64,000 bases of DNA from Eledone cirrhosa (GCA_964016885.1 OZ024743.1:99448001-99512000); one strand, 5' to 3'. Counted from the stretch's first letter, positions 26,809 to 40,935 are shown. Numbers and translations are program-made. The notes: generated from the sequence alone by a model not told the origin.

Positions 26809-27515
26809 TAACTCTTTCATAACCATACTTCTCATGAAAAGCACAACTCATCATTTTAAAAGAATTTTCAAAATAATCAAGAATTTGGAGGCATCTAGTA
26901 GAATAACAGACTTTCTGATTATTAATCTGGCATTTGGCCCATAACTTAACAAAGGTTCCTACATAAAATTATAATACATGGTTTTATATAAATATAATCC
27001 TTTAATGAATTATATAATGATGTATTGGATACTTTAAAACTACATAGAGACAAATAGTTTATTTCATTACCATATTTCTAATGAAAGTCAATGAATTTTA
27101 AATCATTTTGAATATAATGAAGAATTTGAAGGGATTTACTAATCTTTCTCATTATTGGCAGAATCAGTAGAGTGTCAGATATTGTGCTTTGTAACATAGA
27201 GTTACGGCCCTTTATGTTCTGAGTTCAAATCCTGCTGAGGTTAACTTTGCCTTTTATCCTTATGGGGTCAATAAAATAAAGCACCAGTAATGCACTAGGG
27301 TCGATTTAATCAACTTTCCCCTCCCCTTAAATTGTTGACCTTGTGCCTAAATTAGAAATCATTATGAAGCTAGTGTTTGGGGAATAACTTAATAAAACTT
27401 GTTACATAAAATTATAATGGAAGGTTTTTAGATAAATATAAACACTGTAAACTAAACAGCTTTGCATCATAGATAGCAATGGCAGTTTCAGGCAATCTGG
27501 TATCAAAAAGGTTAA
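26809..27515. mobile_element. TTAA-flanked MITE (family M2) with an internal SINE B (about 27155-27365)
   Basis: TTAACTCTTTCATAACCATA start and GGTATCAAAAAGGTTAA end; related copies near 27595-27810, 42140-42390, 53570-53837, 56925-57173 and 58480-58711. Confidence 0.6.
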
Positions 27516-30191
27516 TGGGCTGAAAATCTATAGAGAAAAAGTGACTTAATTCTGCAAGCAACAACAGTACAGCCAGGTTAACAGATGATGCTTAGCACTT
27601 TCATAACCATATTTCTAAGGAAATACACTTTATTTCAAACACTGAAGAAGTTTGAGAGATTTTACAAGAATAATGAATTATTGCATAATTAAGGTAGTAA
27701 CTTAACTCATATTAAAAGATTTTGATTTACATAGGAACTCTTTGAAATGGGAGGTTTTGTTTCATATGACTAGAACTGGTTTCGTCTGGATTGGTATCAA
27801 AAGGGTTAAATCCAGGTTAGACTTGTCTGAGCAGAACTTTCATCAAAGATATTCCATCTCGACCATCTTGTCTTTTCTTCAGACATATGTGAGTATCACT
27901 TCCAAGCTGACATGTTTTCTTTATACATACATTACATGAGGATGAAATCTTTTAAAATGACTCAATGGGTTTTGGGGGATCAGAAAAAAACTCAAGTGAC
28001 AGCAAAAAGCTTCAGACAAGATATCAACTAAGTTTTTTACTTCTTCATGATAAAACATTCCATCATAATTTTATGTTAGAAAATATGAGAAGTTATGTTC
28101 CAAAGACAAACTTAAGAAAGTTAGTTATATTATCAAATCTCTCTAAATTCTTGAAAGACAAGTAGGGTCTCTCATTAAAAATATAGCAATGAAAATGTTA
28201 AATCTCCCAGCATTTGTCCCATTTTTCTGTGCTCTAACTTCAAATGTTGAGGCTAAATCTGCCTTTCATTCTTTTGGGATTGAAAAATGTACCAATCCAG
28301 AGGCAGTGGATTGGCAGAATTTTTAAAGAGACAGACAAGATACTTTGCAGTATCTGATGTGGTTTTGTACATTATTAATTTAAATCCTAATTCCATCTGC
28401 CAGGAGTTATGATCGGCAAATAATATTGACAGGATTTACTAATCTTTCTCATTATTGACAGAATCAACCAATGGAAAGTTCAAAGAAAATATGTTAAGTT
28501 ATGCTTCAGACACTAGTTAAATAACAAGAAAGTTAATTATATTACTAAATGTCTCTAAATTTTTGTTTATTTTCAAAATGATTTGAAAAGCATGTGAACA
28601 AAATGACACAAAATATTCAAATTGACCAAATCTTTACAATTGATTTATTCAAAGAAAGCTGACAAGAACTAATATACAAGTAAAATCTGAAAATGTCAAG
28701 ATAACCATCTGAAAGCTAAAACATAAAAAATGAAACTCTATTTCAAACAGTTGTACCCATTTGCTGGATGTGTGAAATGTCATTGTTCGACAGTGATATA
28801 TTTAATATCAAACAAATACAAATGAAAAATAACATAATAACAAATTACCTCAAGAAAATTTTAATATGTAGCATGTACCTATTGTCAGTAAAAACCAGTA
28901 TACACTAGATAATCTGCAGGTATAATCATATATTGAATCTATATACTTTACTTCCACTCCAAATGCATGTAATGGCTTCCAGTATGTTCTTAACATAATG
29001 ATGACATGAATGATATGAAAATATTAATACCTTTCATTCCCATCAAATTAACCAACCAGAAGGAGAAGGAAAGAGAAAAAAGTATATCGCATTAAAAGAT
29101 CTGCTGTAACCTCAAGACATTCTCTAATTTATCTGAAATTTATCTACACTTCATTATCAAACACTAAGAAAGAGAATCCTGCTCATTGTTTTCATGGTAA
29201 AAGGGAATAAACAGACGACAATTGGCTCATATAGGAGGAGGGAGAAGAATTATAACATAACATTCTGAAAAGAATAAATATTTATAAGCAAAGAGAAAAA
29301 CATTTTAAAAAATGAATGCCTTAGACTATATGCTAATAAAAATTATATCATATACATATATATATATATATATACACATGCAAATGGCTTGTTTTTTTTA
29401 TGTATTTCAAGCAGTATTATGGCAAAGCAAATAGTAAAATAGTAAAATGCTAACATTACTTAACACAACATAATAGAAATATTCTCTGAATAGCATGTAA
29501 TTTACGTAGGAAAAATAGCTATTGTCTTTTTATAAGGAATAACAGAAATTTGTATATAATTCTTTTCGTTTTTATTTTATCTAAAAGTTTGACTTATCGC
29601 AATGAATTTAAAAAAGTCTCCCCAACACCACCTCCTCCATGCCACGTTCAATAATCAATATGAGAAAATTTTTACTTATCTTTTCATGAAGGTAGAAAAT
29701 AATAATAATGTCATAGAAAATTTTATTTTGGTTCAATGAGAAGAGAAACTAATAAGAAATGCCAGTCCAACTGTGACAAAACACAGACTGCAAGAAATTT
29801 TCTTGCCAAATTTTGTTTTCTTCTATCTTGTGCCAAATTGACAAATAACAATGTAGCTAGGTTTCCATTTTACTATATTCTAGCAAAATACAATTTTCAT
29901 GGCATATAATCATATAGACTAATATATGAATGAGTGTGTATGTACAAGCAAAGACAATTTTCACAGTATACATATAAGCATATATATATTTATATATATA
30001 AGTAATGTGTTATTTATATATACTCCATGAGTATATTGTCATTGGAACCTGAGAAAATAGCAATGGTATCTCGCTGGATTCAATTATACATGTTCAGTGA
30101 TCTATCTGGTAAGTTGCCACTTCATTAATAGTTGCATCATTCTACAAGTCTGATTTTACCAACAAAAGATGAAAACTACCCTATCTTCTTA

Positions 30192-30612
30192 TATGGCTTA
30201 GTGGTTAGAGCATTGGCCTTGCAATTGAAAGGTTGTGAGTTCAATTCTCAGACCGGGTGATGTGTTGTTTCCTTGAACAAGACACTTTATTTCACATTGC
30301 TCCAGTTTACTCAGCTGTAGAAATGAGATGATAGGGACTGGGGTCCATATCATTCCATTCCAAAGTGGTCATGGAGGTGTCACAACAAAAAAGCACCCAG
30401 CCCACACTGTAAAGTGGTCGTGGAGGTGCCATGACAAAAAAGCACCCAGCACTCACTGTAATGAAGGGCATCCAGCTGTAGAAATCAAGCCAGAATCAGT
30501 TCCTGTATGAGCAAGACAAGGTCAGCCAACTGGACACTGCCCACAACAGGACAACCTGTCTGACCCATGGTAGCGTGGAAGAACGGACGTAAAACGGTGA
30601 TGATGATGATGA
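30192..30612 (+). mobile_element. tRNA-derived CORE-like SINE (family A) with an RTE-shared 3' tail
   Basis: A box TGGCTTAGTGG, B box GAGTTCAATTC, CORE-like CCTTGAACAAGACACTT...CAGTTTACTCAGCTGTAGAAATGAG. Confidence 0.85.
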
Positions 30613-31380
30613 TATATACATATATATATATAAGTTATAATTAGAGAAATTCAACCAAAATTCATGAAGAAGTGGTTATTAGTTTAAAACTTTTTTGACG
30701 GAAGAGGTCAAAATTCAATCAATAACCATAGATGCTATCACTATTTCAATTAATAGATACACATGTTATTATGATCACAACCTTGTCTTCAGAATATACA
30801 AACAAATTTCACAATATCTCAGTTAGGGACGATTACAACAAGTGTGAAAATATAGCAGTAGTTTTACCAAATTGACCAATGGCTGTCGTATTTGTGAGCA
30901 GAAAATATGTTGGGGCCTTTCTGCTTGATTCCCACTATGGTTTCTTTTTGGTAAAATTATGCACAGGATAGAACTTGAGACCAAACATATGCCAGATGCT
31001 GACCGTCTGGCCTGTGTGGGAGGTCACTAAACCTTCTTCAGTACTAACTTGGTCTATGTAGACCTGTCCAACACTTGCAGGGAAATCAGATGTTAAACGA
31101 TTATGATGATATGTATCATCATCATCATCACCATTTAACGTCTATTTTCCATGGGTTTAGACAGGTCATCCATATCATGAGACAAATCTGGCCAGATTGG
31201 TGGTGCTGTACCATTCTCAGACAGAGCTGTAAATTTGGCCAGGATTTTTACAGCTGGATGCCCTTCCTAACACCAACCACACATATATATATATATATTC
31301 ACATTTATATATATATATATGTATAAATACATATAATATATATTCACACATTTATATATATATATATGTGTGTGTGTGTC

Positions 31381-31434
<54 letters not shown>

Positions 31435-32522
31435 CTTATATGTATTACAATATATAATTAATATTGCTTCTGTCATATTCTGGCAGAAGTGGGTTTTTTT
31501 TCACACGTTACTTACATTGAGATCTTTGCAGAACAATGAAATCGAAATAATTTGATTTTGATTCATTTTATTTGTTATCCCTTATCCATATTTTGTAATC
31601 TTTCAAATCTTACTTGTTCGGCTTATTTGTTGTCTGTCACTCAAATTTTCATAACATGACTACTGGTCACTTAGCTGTTGTAAATGATGCTGGCTTGCAG
31701 TTTTTCATGTTCATAGGTTAATTTTCCCTGACATACAACAATACATGCTTCACATGTACATCATGCAATCTAACTTCTGTACAGAAGAATTTATATAGCA
31801 CCATCATCATCATCGTTTAATGTCCATTTTCCATGCTATCATTGGTTAGATGAATTGTCTCATTGTGAGACAGCCAGTTCACGGGACTGTGTTTTGCTCA
31901 CACAGAACTGATCTTGGCTTGGTTTCTACAGTCAGATGCCCTTCCTAATGTCAACCTCATTTACAGTGTGTGCTGGGTGCTTTTTATTGTGATACTTACA
32001 CGACCACTTTACAGTGTGGGCTGGGCACTTTTTGTCATGTCACCAACATGACCATTTTACAGTGTTGACTGGGTGCTTTTTTTCGGGACACCTACATACA
32101 TATATTTCTTCTTTGCTCCACTATTATCTATATTAAACAACTATTATTATGGCCATTTGCATTGGGACACACACATTTCAAATGTTTCCAATGCTTTTTA
32201 GATCCACCACTTTGTTAACATATCTAGATACAGGCTTAAAATCTTTTGGAAAAGGTGGAATTGGTAGCCAGTGACTATTTATCATACTGGTTAACTCAGT
32301 CACTCTACATCCATGTGATGCAGGGTTTGATGCCAGGGACCTCTGTCCACTTGTTTTTCATTTCTTAGGCTTTACTTGATTTTGTCAATTATTACTTACA
32401 CCTGTTGACATGTTGATACTATCAATATGTCCATTTGCTTTAGGTCACACACACACACATTTCAACTACACACACATTTTAACTACACACACACATTTCA
32501 AATACACACACACATTTCAAAT

Positions 32523-32567
<45 letters not shown>

Positions 32568-32570
<3 letters not shown>

Positions 32571-33024
32571 CCGAGACCTTTGGCGGTACTCAGTAACAGA
32601 GAAGACCCGCCTTACCTAAATATATAGTAAAACCTACTCCAGCCAGTAGGCATCTCTAACAAAATACACCCCGTCCCACCACCCCCACCCCCACCCCATC
32701 CATACCACCCCGTTCTATGTAAAGTTATGTTGGTGCCGCGCCATCGAGGCCGAAACAAATGAGATCGTGTAGGTGTCACGACAAAAAAACACACAGTCCA
32801 CGCTGTAATGTGGCCGTGTAGGCAACACGGTAAAAACCTCCCAGACCCACACTGTAAATGTGGTTGGTGTTAGGAAGGGCATCCAACTGTAGAAAACCTG
32901 CCAGACAGTCCTATGCGAGCAAGACAATCACTCTTGCCTCAAGTGGGACTACCCCCGTCCAAACCCATGCAAGCGTGGAACACGGACGTTAAACGTTGAT
33001 GATGATGATGATGATGATGATGAT
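32568..33024 (+). mobile_element. Young RTE/BovB 3' end
   Basis: DRDLWRYSVTEKTRLT* followed by the 3' UTR and (GAT)n. Confidence 0.9.
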
Positions 33025-33232
33025 ATATATATATATATATCGTTTATTTCATTTTATTTCGTTTTATTTCATTTTATTTTTAAGAAATTAATCCTAAATG
33101 TTTATAATTAATTGTTGATATACCACAAGAGTCTGTGTTTGTTTTTCTATTTTCTCAACTTCCGTCTCTCGTCACATAGTTATTAAAGTTGTGTATGTGA
33201 GTCATTCATGTTATATATATATATATATATAT

Positions 33233-33408
33233 AAGCTTCTACAGGACTGAAGCTGTTTCATTCGTGTGAAATCATCAGGAGCTTCCTGATGATTTCTCAC
33301 GAATGAAACAGTTCTGGTCCTGTGGAAGCTTTTCTCCTTTAAATATTCATACTCTGCTTTGTATTGAGTACCTTACTTAGTGTGGCTTCCCCCGATTGAA
33401 CCCGGGAT
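33233..33408. mobile_element. Penelope-like remnant: palindromic pair of hammerhead motifs
   Basis: 48-bp arms 33233-33280 and 33284-33331; each strand reads CTGATGA...GAAA-CAG...CTG-T(A/G)-GAAGCT. Confidence 0.7.
33280..33330 (+). ncRNA. Type I hammerhead motif with a mutated triplet (GUG); the antisense partner has GUA
   Basis: AGCTTC-CTGATGA-TTTCTCACGAAT-GAAA-CAG-TTCTGGTC-CTG-TG-GAAGCT. Confidence 0.65.
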
Positions 33409-33415
33409 AAACGTG

Positions 33416-33463
<48 letters not shown>

Positions 33464-33625
33464 GTAGTTTAGAAAGCCACAACAATGCAGATGGGAAATC
33501 TCGAGGTAGGAAGTGTGTGTGTGTGTGTGTTCGCGTATGTATGTTTTCGCAGACTAGTGTGTCTGTGCCGTATATACATATATATGTATATGTGCATGTA
33601 TGTATATATATATATATATGTATAT

Positions 33626-33975
33626 GGAGGCACATGGCTTAGTGGTTAGAGCATTGGCCTTGCAATCGAAAGGTTGTGAGTTCAATTCTCAGACCGGGTG
33701 ATGTGTTGTTTCCTTCAGCAAGACACTTTATTTCACATTGCTCCAGTTTACTCAGCTGTAGAAATGAGATGATAGGACTGGGGTCCCAGTCCCTATCATT
33801 CCACTGCAAAGTGGTCGTGGAGGTGCCACGGCAAAAAAAGCACCCAGCACTCACTGTAAATGAGGTTGGTGTTAGGAAGGGCATCCAGCTGTAGAAATCA
33901 AGCCACAATCAGTTCCCGTCCCACCCTTGCAAGCAGGGAAAAGTGGACGTAAAATAATGATGTATGAATGATGAC
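33626..33975 (+). mobile_element. Full-length CORE-like SINE, family A
   Basis: GGAGGCACATGGCTTAGTGGTTAGAGC head, CORE-like body, RTE-like tail. Confidence 0.9.
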
Positions 33976-33978
33976 GAT

Positions 33979-34171
33979 ATCAAATTTAATATAGAAATAG
34001 CTTCTACAGAACTAGAACTGTTTCATTTGAAGGAAATCATCATCATGATTTCCTTTGAATGAAACAGTTCTAGTCCTTTAGAAGCCATTTCTATATTAAA
34101 TTTGATGTTTACACTCTACTAATGTATTGAGTACCTTACTTACTGTGGTTACCCCCGATTGAACCCGAGAC
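33979..34171. mobile_element. Penelope-like remnant, same family as 33233, with a ~62-bp-arm inverted repeat
   Basis: Arms 33979-34040 and 34045-34106; shared terminus TATTGAGTACCTTACTTA.TGTGG...CCCCGATTGAACCCG. Confidence 0.65.
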
Positions 34172-35069
34172 ATATATATATATATATATATACACAAAAA
34201 AACATTAATGTTTTTCTATGTCTTATATATAAGTATATATGTATCAGATAGGGTGTGGTAAAAAAACCAGGTGGACCATAACCCACCAGAGTACTCGATA
34301 AATGGGGTAGTAGAGTGGCTAATATGAAAAGATTCAGTACCCGACAGCTGAACCTTTTCATATATATATACACACAAAATCATTTTTGTTTTTACTGTTG
34401 TCGTTCATTAGGCTGCCATGGTACCAACACTTATAAACCACTTTACATACACAATCACAACAATCCATACCCTTTCAGTTACTAAGTTGAATCAATGACG
34501 TCAGTACATTTACAGGTTATATTCATAATCAATTCATTGAATAAATCTAATGTGGTTTCTGATTGCCGTTTAACATAACTAATACTGATTAAATATAAAA
34601 ATCTATTCTATTAACAATTTCATTGCTCTTTCTTTCCAATCTTTAATGGCTGACAGGCAAAGTCTGTAAATATTCCCTTTTATTCTTTTCTTTCAGTGGT
34701 TTGATTCATAAGACTGCAGCCAGACTGGGGTACCCTACTAAAGGGATTTAGTCAACCATATCAACCCCAGTACTTATTTTGTTGATTTTACTTTTGTCAA
34801 ACTTCTAAGTTATAGGATATAAACACATATACAGCCATAAACACAGATCCACACACATATCTTAGAAAAACAAGATGGAATAAATAAATAAAACATCAAA
34901 AGGAAGCAAAGACACAAAGGAACAAGAATAATGATGGAGAAGGTTACAGAGTGTGCAACGAAAATGTTTTAACAATTAAATAACCAGTCAGTTACTTGGC
35001 CAATCAACAGAACAGCCTGCTCATTAAATTTCATATAATTGACTGAGCATTTCACAGACATGTGTACAT

Positions 35070-36905
35070 TTAACCTTTAGCATTTACATTACTCTATATA
35101 TACTATCGTATTTTCACAGTAAAGGCTTTACGTCACATAATATTTACATTACTCTATATATACTATTATATTTTCACAGTAAAGGCTTTACCTCACATAA
35201 CATTTACATTACTCTATATTTACTATTGTATTTTCACAGTAAAGGCTTTACCTCACATAACATTTACATTACTCTATATATACTATCGTATTTTCACAGT
35301 AAAGGCTTTACGTCACATAATATTTACATTACTCTATATATACTATTATATTTTCACAGTAAAGGCTTTACCTCACATAACATTTACATTACTCTATATT
35401 TACTATTGTATTTCCACAGTAAAGGCTTTACCTCACATAATATTTACATTACTCTATATATACTATTATATTTTCATAGTAAAGGCTTTACCTCACATAA
35501 TATCTCACATAACATTTACATTACTCTATATATACTATTATATTTTCACAGTAAAGGCTTTATCTCACATAATATCTCACATAACATTTACATTACTCTA
35601 TATATACTATTGTATTTTCACAGTAAAGTCTTTACCTCACATAATATCTCACATAACATTTACATTACTCTATATTTACTATTGTATTTCCACAGTAAAG
35701 GCTTTACCTCACATAATATCTCACATAACATTTATATTACTCTATATTTACTATTGTATTTCCACAGTAAAGGCTTTACCTCACATAACATTTACATTAC
35801 TCTATATTTACTATTGTATTTCCACAGTAAAGGCTTTACCTCACATAACATTTACATTACTCTATATTTACTATTGTATTTCCACAGTAAAGGCTTTACC
35901 TCACATAACATTTACATTACTCTATATTTACTATTATATTTTCACAGTAAAGGCTTTACCTCACATAACATTTACATTACTCTATATTTACTATTGTATT
36001 TCCACAGTAAAGGCTTTACCTCACATAACATTTACATTACTCTATATTTACTATTGTATTTCCACAGTAAAGGCTTTACCTCACATAACATTTACATTAC
36101 TCTATATTTACTATTATATTTTCACAGTAAAGGCTTTACCTCACATAACATTTACATTACTCTATATTTACTATTGTATTTCCACAGTAAAGGCTTTACC
36201 TCACATAACATTTACATTACTCTATATTTACTATTATATTTCCATAGTAAAGGCTTTACCTCACATAACATTTACATTACTCTATATTTACTATTGTATT
36301 TCCACAGTAAAGGCTTTACCTCACATAACATTTACATTACTCTATATTTACTATTGTATTTCCACAGTAAAGGCTTTACCTCACATAACATTTACATTAC
36401 TCTATATTTACTATTGTATTTCCACAGTAAAGGCTTTACCTCACATAACATTTACATTACTCTATATTTACTATTGTATTTCCACAGTAAAGGCTTTACC
36501 TGACATAACATTTACATTACTCTATATTTACTATTATATTTTCACAGTAAAGGCTTTACCTCACATAACATTTACATTACTCTATATTTACTATTGTATT
36601 TCCACAGTAAAGGCTTTACCTCACATAACATTTACATTACTCTATATTTACTATTGTATTTCCACAGTAAAGGCTTTACCTCACATAACATTTACATTAC
36701 TCTATATTTACTATTGTATTTTCACAGTAAAGGCTTTACCTCACTTAATTATCTCACATAATATCGAATCTATGAGATTTTGATATTATTTATTTTGAGA
36801 ACAATACCTTAACATCAGTATGTATGCCCAGTTACAACTGGTTTGAACAGAAGGAGTTGAGAGAATTCTGGCTGGATACAGCCTGTTTAAATGCTAAAGG
36901 GTTAA
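35070..36905. mobile_element. piggyBac-like MITE M1 expanded by an internal 60-bp tandem array
   Basis: TTAACCTTTAGCATT start and AATGCTAAAGGGTTAA end. Confidence 0.85.
35081..36748. repeat. 60-bp tandem array, ~27 copies (four carry a 12-bp insertion)
   Basis: Unit CATTTACATTACTCTATATTTACTATTGTATTTCCACAGTAAAGGCTTTACCTCACATAA. Confidence 0.97.
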
Positions 36906-39529
36906 GACAACAATCAGAGAGATTAAATGTAACACAGTATGATAAGGATGACCATTTGAAATACTGGTACAATCCATCAGATGGGATTCTCAACAGTTTC
37001 CAACTACCCAATTAGAGTCACAAGTTAACCCAAGAATATTGGAAATGACACTTGACCAAGATGTCATGCAATGAGATGGAACCTAGGACTTTATTATTGC
37101 AAAGTAAATTTCTTAACCATTCAGCGCCTTGCTTGCTTTTGACAAGTCTTTTTCAGAATTAATAGTTGTAATGTTTATAACATTTTTATCTGATTCATAG
37201 CATCAAACGTCATAACACTACTACATGTAAGAAAAGCACAACGCTGTGCTTATTTGAGACTAACAAATTAAAATCAACCATATCTGTATAAATCTATGAG
37301 CAATTACTGTTAGGAATTGTGTAGAGATTAACATTTTGCTCCAAATATTCCACATAAATGTTGCAATATGTAGTATCATACATGATATAATTATACAACA
37401 TAGAAACAGAAGTAAAATCTAAGATCACAGTATGTGTGCGTGCGCCCACATGTGTGTTCATGTGAGTGTGTGTGTGCTTATGTGTGTTATATTATACAGC
37501 ATAGAAAAATAATTGGGCTACATATTGAACTAAAACAGGAAGAACAACGAACAATATGACTACATATATGTGTGTATGATGTATGTATTTATTATGTAGA
37601 TATGGAGGAAGGTTGATAGAAATGTATGCACTTATTGTACAAAGTGTTAGGCCCACTTTCTTGTAATAAAAACCTTTTGTAGCATCATCTATTAACAATG
37701 CACAGTCTCAGCAATTTAATCCTATTTAATACCCATCCTACGCTAAGAAATTCTCAACATCAATTTGTCAATTTCTATAGAAAATACTTATATAACCACA
37801 GATATTATTACTTCTTCATTTAATGCATTCATCGATGCTGCTACAGTTATGTTTATTGAACACCACAAACATTCAGCGCAGCTTACACACATACAAATGC
37901 AATCATTGGAATAGTATATGGTCTCTATCAGCTAATTTAGAATTCAAATCATCTACCAATATGGTTCAAACATCTTCACAATCTGTCCAAATTGTATCAT
38001 TCATATCACTTCATTCAGAACATAAGAGGCCATACATTAGCATCTGAACAAGATGTAAATATTAATTATTTGAGCAAATTCTTTTAGAAAGGAAAGAATT
38101 AAATGGTGCCATGAATTTTAATGTAATTACACCTAAAGTTAAATTATGCTAAATTCTCAACAACTTATCCCAGCATATTTTGTTTAAAGAGTTTTATATA
38201 TTTACTATGTTTGGCCTAAAAGAGTTTTAAAAATAAAGTGCTGATATGTAAGTCACAGATAAAGAAACAAATACAAAATAGAGAAAAATAATGAAATCCT
38301 TTATAGTTAAAGTATTTCTCCATCATTTTTACTGTTATCATAATCATCACTAACAACATCATTATTATTGTCATCACTTTACATCCACTTTCAATGCTTC
38401 CATGGGGTGGACAGATCATCTCATTCTAATTCAGTTCTTATTTGGAATTCCTACTCTCATAGATAAGTAAGAACCCCACATCTTACACGTATAGCTTGAT
38501 TCCCTTCATAACATCAATGATTTTACAGAGTTTACTGAGTGCATTGTGGCACCAGCTCTAGAGAGGGTGTCATGTCCAGGACAAAGGAAAAGAGTCATCT
38601 CTACACTACATTGTCACCATTTTACAAGTGTACTAGGGGAATGTTATCATAGCACCAATACTAGAAAGGATGCCTTATCCCCTGCTAGACTAAAGAGTCA
38701 TTTCCACTGTATGTAGCCTCTGTACTATCAAAGTAGATGTGAGTGTGAATTGAAGGGGAATGGTGAACAAGAGGCTGATAGTAGAAGTATAACTACGGGA
38801 GTGAAGGAGTGTACAGAGAGATAGAAGAATGTTAGGAGGTGGACGATTGTAGCTATATGTTTGTTGTTGAGGGGTTGAACTGAGAGCAGCATGAGCAACA
38901 AGATGGGATAGTGATAAGGATGTGCCATAGTAGAAATGAAGAAATGATGGATGTCAACAAAGCAGTGACCTGGTATGTGACAGCAGTAGATGACAGTTAA
39001 GATCCTGATAGAGAAGAAAAGATGATGAGTAGAAAATGATGTTATTAGATATGGATGTGATATTATTTTTGTTGCTGTTTAGATCCAAGTCAGCTATAAT
39101 AAACCCACACATCATGTTCCTAGGCCTACGTTATCCAGTGAATCTTTTCTTGTTAAAGATGGAAAAGTGAATTATAAGGGGAATTTGTTTGTTAATTCTA
39201 GCATGAAGAATGATCACACAGAGGATCATTCACTTTATTATGAGTATAAGAACAAATAAATATTTACACTATTTAATTTCATCCTACATTTTGAATTTAA
39301 ATCTCTTTGATTGATAAAATAAAAATGAGATAAAAACTGTTATTTTTTAAAATATAAAGATAGTTTTTAACTTAAAATGTGATTAAACAAAACAAATAAA
39401 TAAAAATAACATTTTTATTGACTACTACTGTAAAGGGCTAATGATTGATAACTTTGTTCATACATAAATACTAATAAAATAATTTCAAAAGTGGCAATTT
39501 GTGAAAAATAAATAAATGTAATTGAGAAA

Positions 39530-39570
<41 letters not shown>

Positions 39571-39672
39571 GCGATAAATTAACGGAGCCATAGACTCTCG
39601 CTATTCCCTGTCAATAATGTGCTCAAAGGAAAAGGAATCCTATCTCTCTCTAGTGTGTTACCTTTTCAACAT

Positions 39673-39717
<45 letters not shown>

Positions 39718-40304
39718 TAAATATCGATATATAAAAATACTGACTTGCCAATCACCCCTCAATGCAAATAAGGTGCTAAAAGAATCCCACCCCCAACCAG
39801 AAGGCACTCACAAAGATATTGTTAAAGGTACAATAATGTTAATATCTTGCTTAAAATATCTCTACAATATATTCTCAATTAAAACAATTAGTTCTAATAA
39901 ATGCCTAGACAATGTTGTTTCTGGTCCTGAAGAAACACAATAATCACCACAATTAAATGGATAATTATTAATGTTAATATTCAAACTTTCATCATTAATT
40001 AATAAAGTATACATGAAATTAACTGCCCGTAATTAAATCTGAATCGGGACCCAAGATCATGTGTTGAATATAGGATGACTTGGCATTAATTTCTAGTCTT
40101 GAACAGTGGAAATTAGTGGGGAATACTAAAAGTAGCTCCACTCAAGCCATGAAGCATCTCAACTATTTATATTTAAAAAAACAGGTGTATGAATATAGAA
40201 TGATGTAAATATTGGGATATAAAATTAACTTGTTATATATGATTTACAAAATTCCAAGACTACACACTATTTTTTCTAAATTTGCACACACACACAGACA
40301 CACA

Positions 40305-40349
<45 letters not shown>

Positions 40350-40491
40350 TAGACCAGTGCTTTGAGAAAACAACACTAAATCTCAGCCTGGAGCACATAA
40401 AAAAAAATCGAAATAACAGAAGTATGTTTATGTTATGTTTTTCTGTTATGTTTTCGTTATGTTTTTCTGTTTTTTTCTGTTCAGATTCTAA

Positions 40492-40564
40492 CTGTCTGAA
40501 GAGGTCATAGCTGTTGCATCATGGTTACCACCAAAATATATATATAACAGCGTCTATGAATAAA
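40492..40564 (+). ncRNA. Degenerate hammerhead motif in a Penelope-like remnant
   Basis: CTGT-CTGAAGA-GGT...ACC-AAAA (GAAA mutated)-TATATATA-TA-ACAG, then AATAAA. Confidence 0.5.
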
Positions 40565-40642
40565 CAAAGTTAATTTTAACCTGTTGACCTACACTTCTTG
40601 TTTATATATATATATTCCATTTGTATACATATATATTCCATT

Positions 40643-40697
<55 letters not shown>

Positions 40698-40806
40698 CAT
40701 TTGTCAAAATAGAACAAGAGTGAGAGTAAAGTGTTACTTTATACAAATGTTACAAACATTCATAAGTTCTTATCATGTTAAAAATATATTAAACACTCTG
40801 TGTCTC

Positions 40807-40837
<31 letters not shown>

Positions 40838-40935
40838 CAGGGTGTCTCAAAAATGTATATACACTTCAACAGCATTCTAATAAATATTATCTGTACAGGT
40901 AATCAAAGTGTGTATACATTTTTGGGGACAACTTG
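40838..40935. mobile_element. Tc1/mariner-type MITE
   Basis: Imperfect ~29-bp TIRs CAGGGTGTCTCAAAAATGTATATACACTT / AAGTGTGTATACATTTTTGGGGACAACTTG; TA on the left flank. Confidence 0.7.

Noticed and set aside
33626-33700. Possible tRNA gene
   Set aside because: SINE head with A/B boxes; no full cloverleaf, and it continues into the CORE-like body
35226-36503. 425-aa repetitive ORF
   Set aside because: Translation of the 60-bp MITE-derived array; no evidence of coding function
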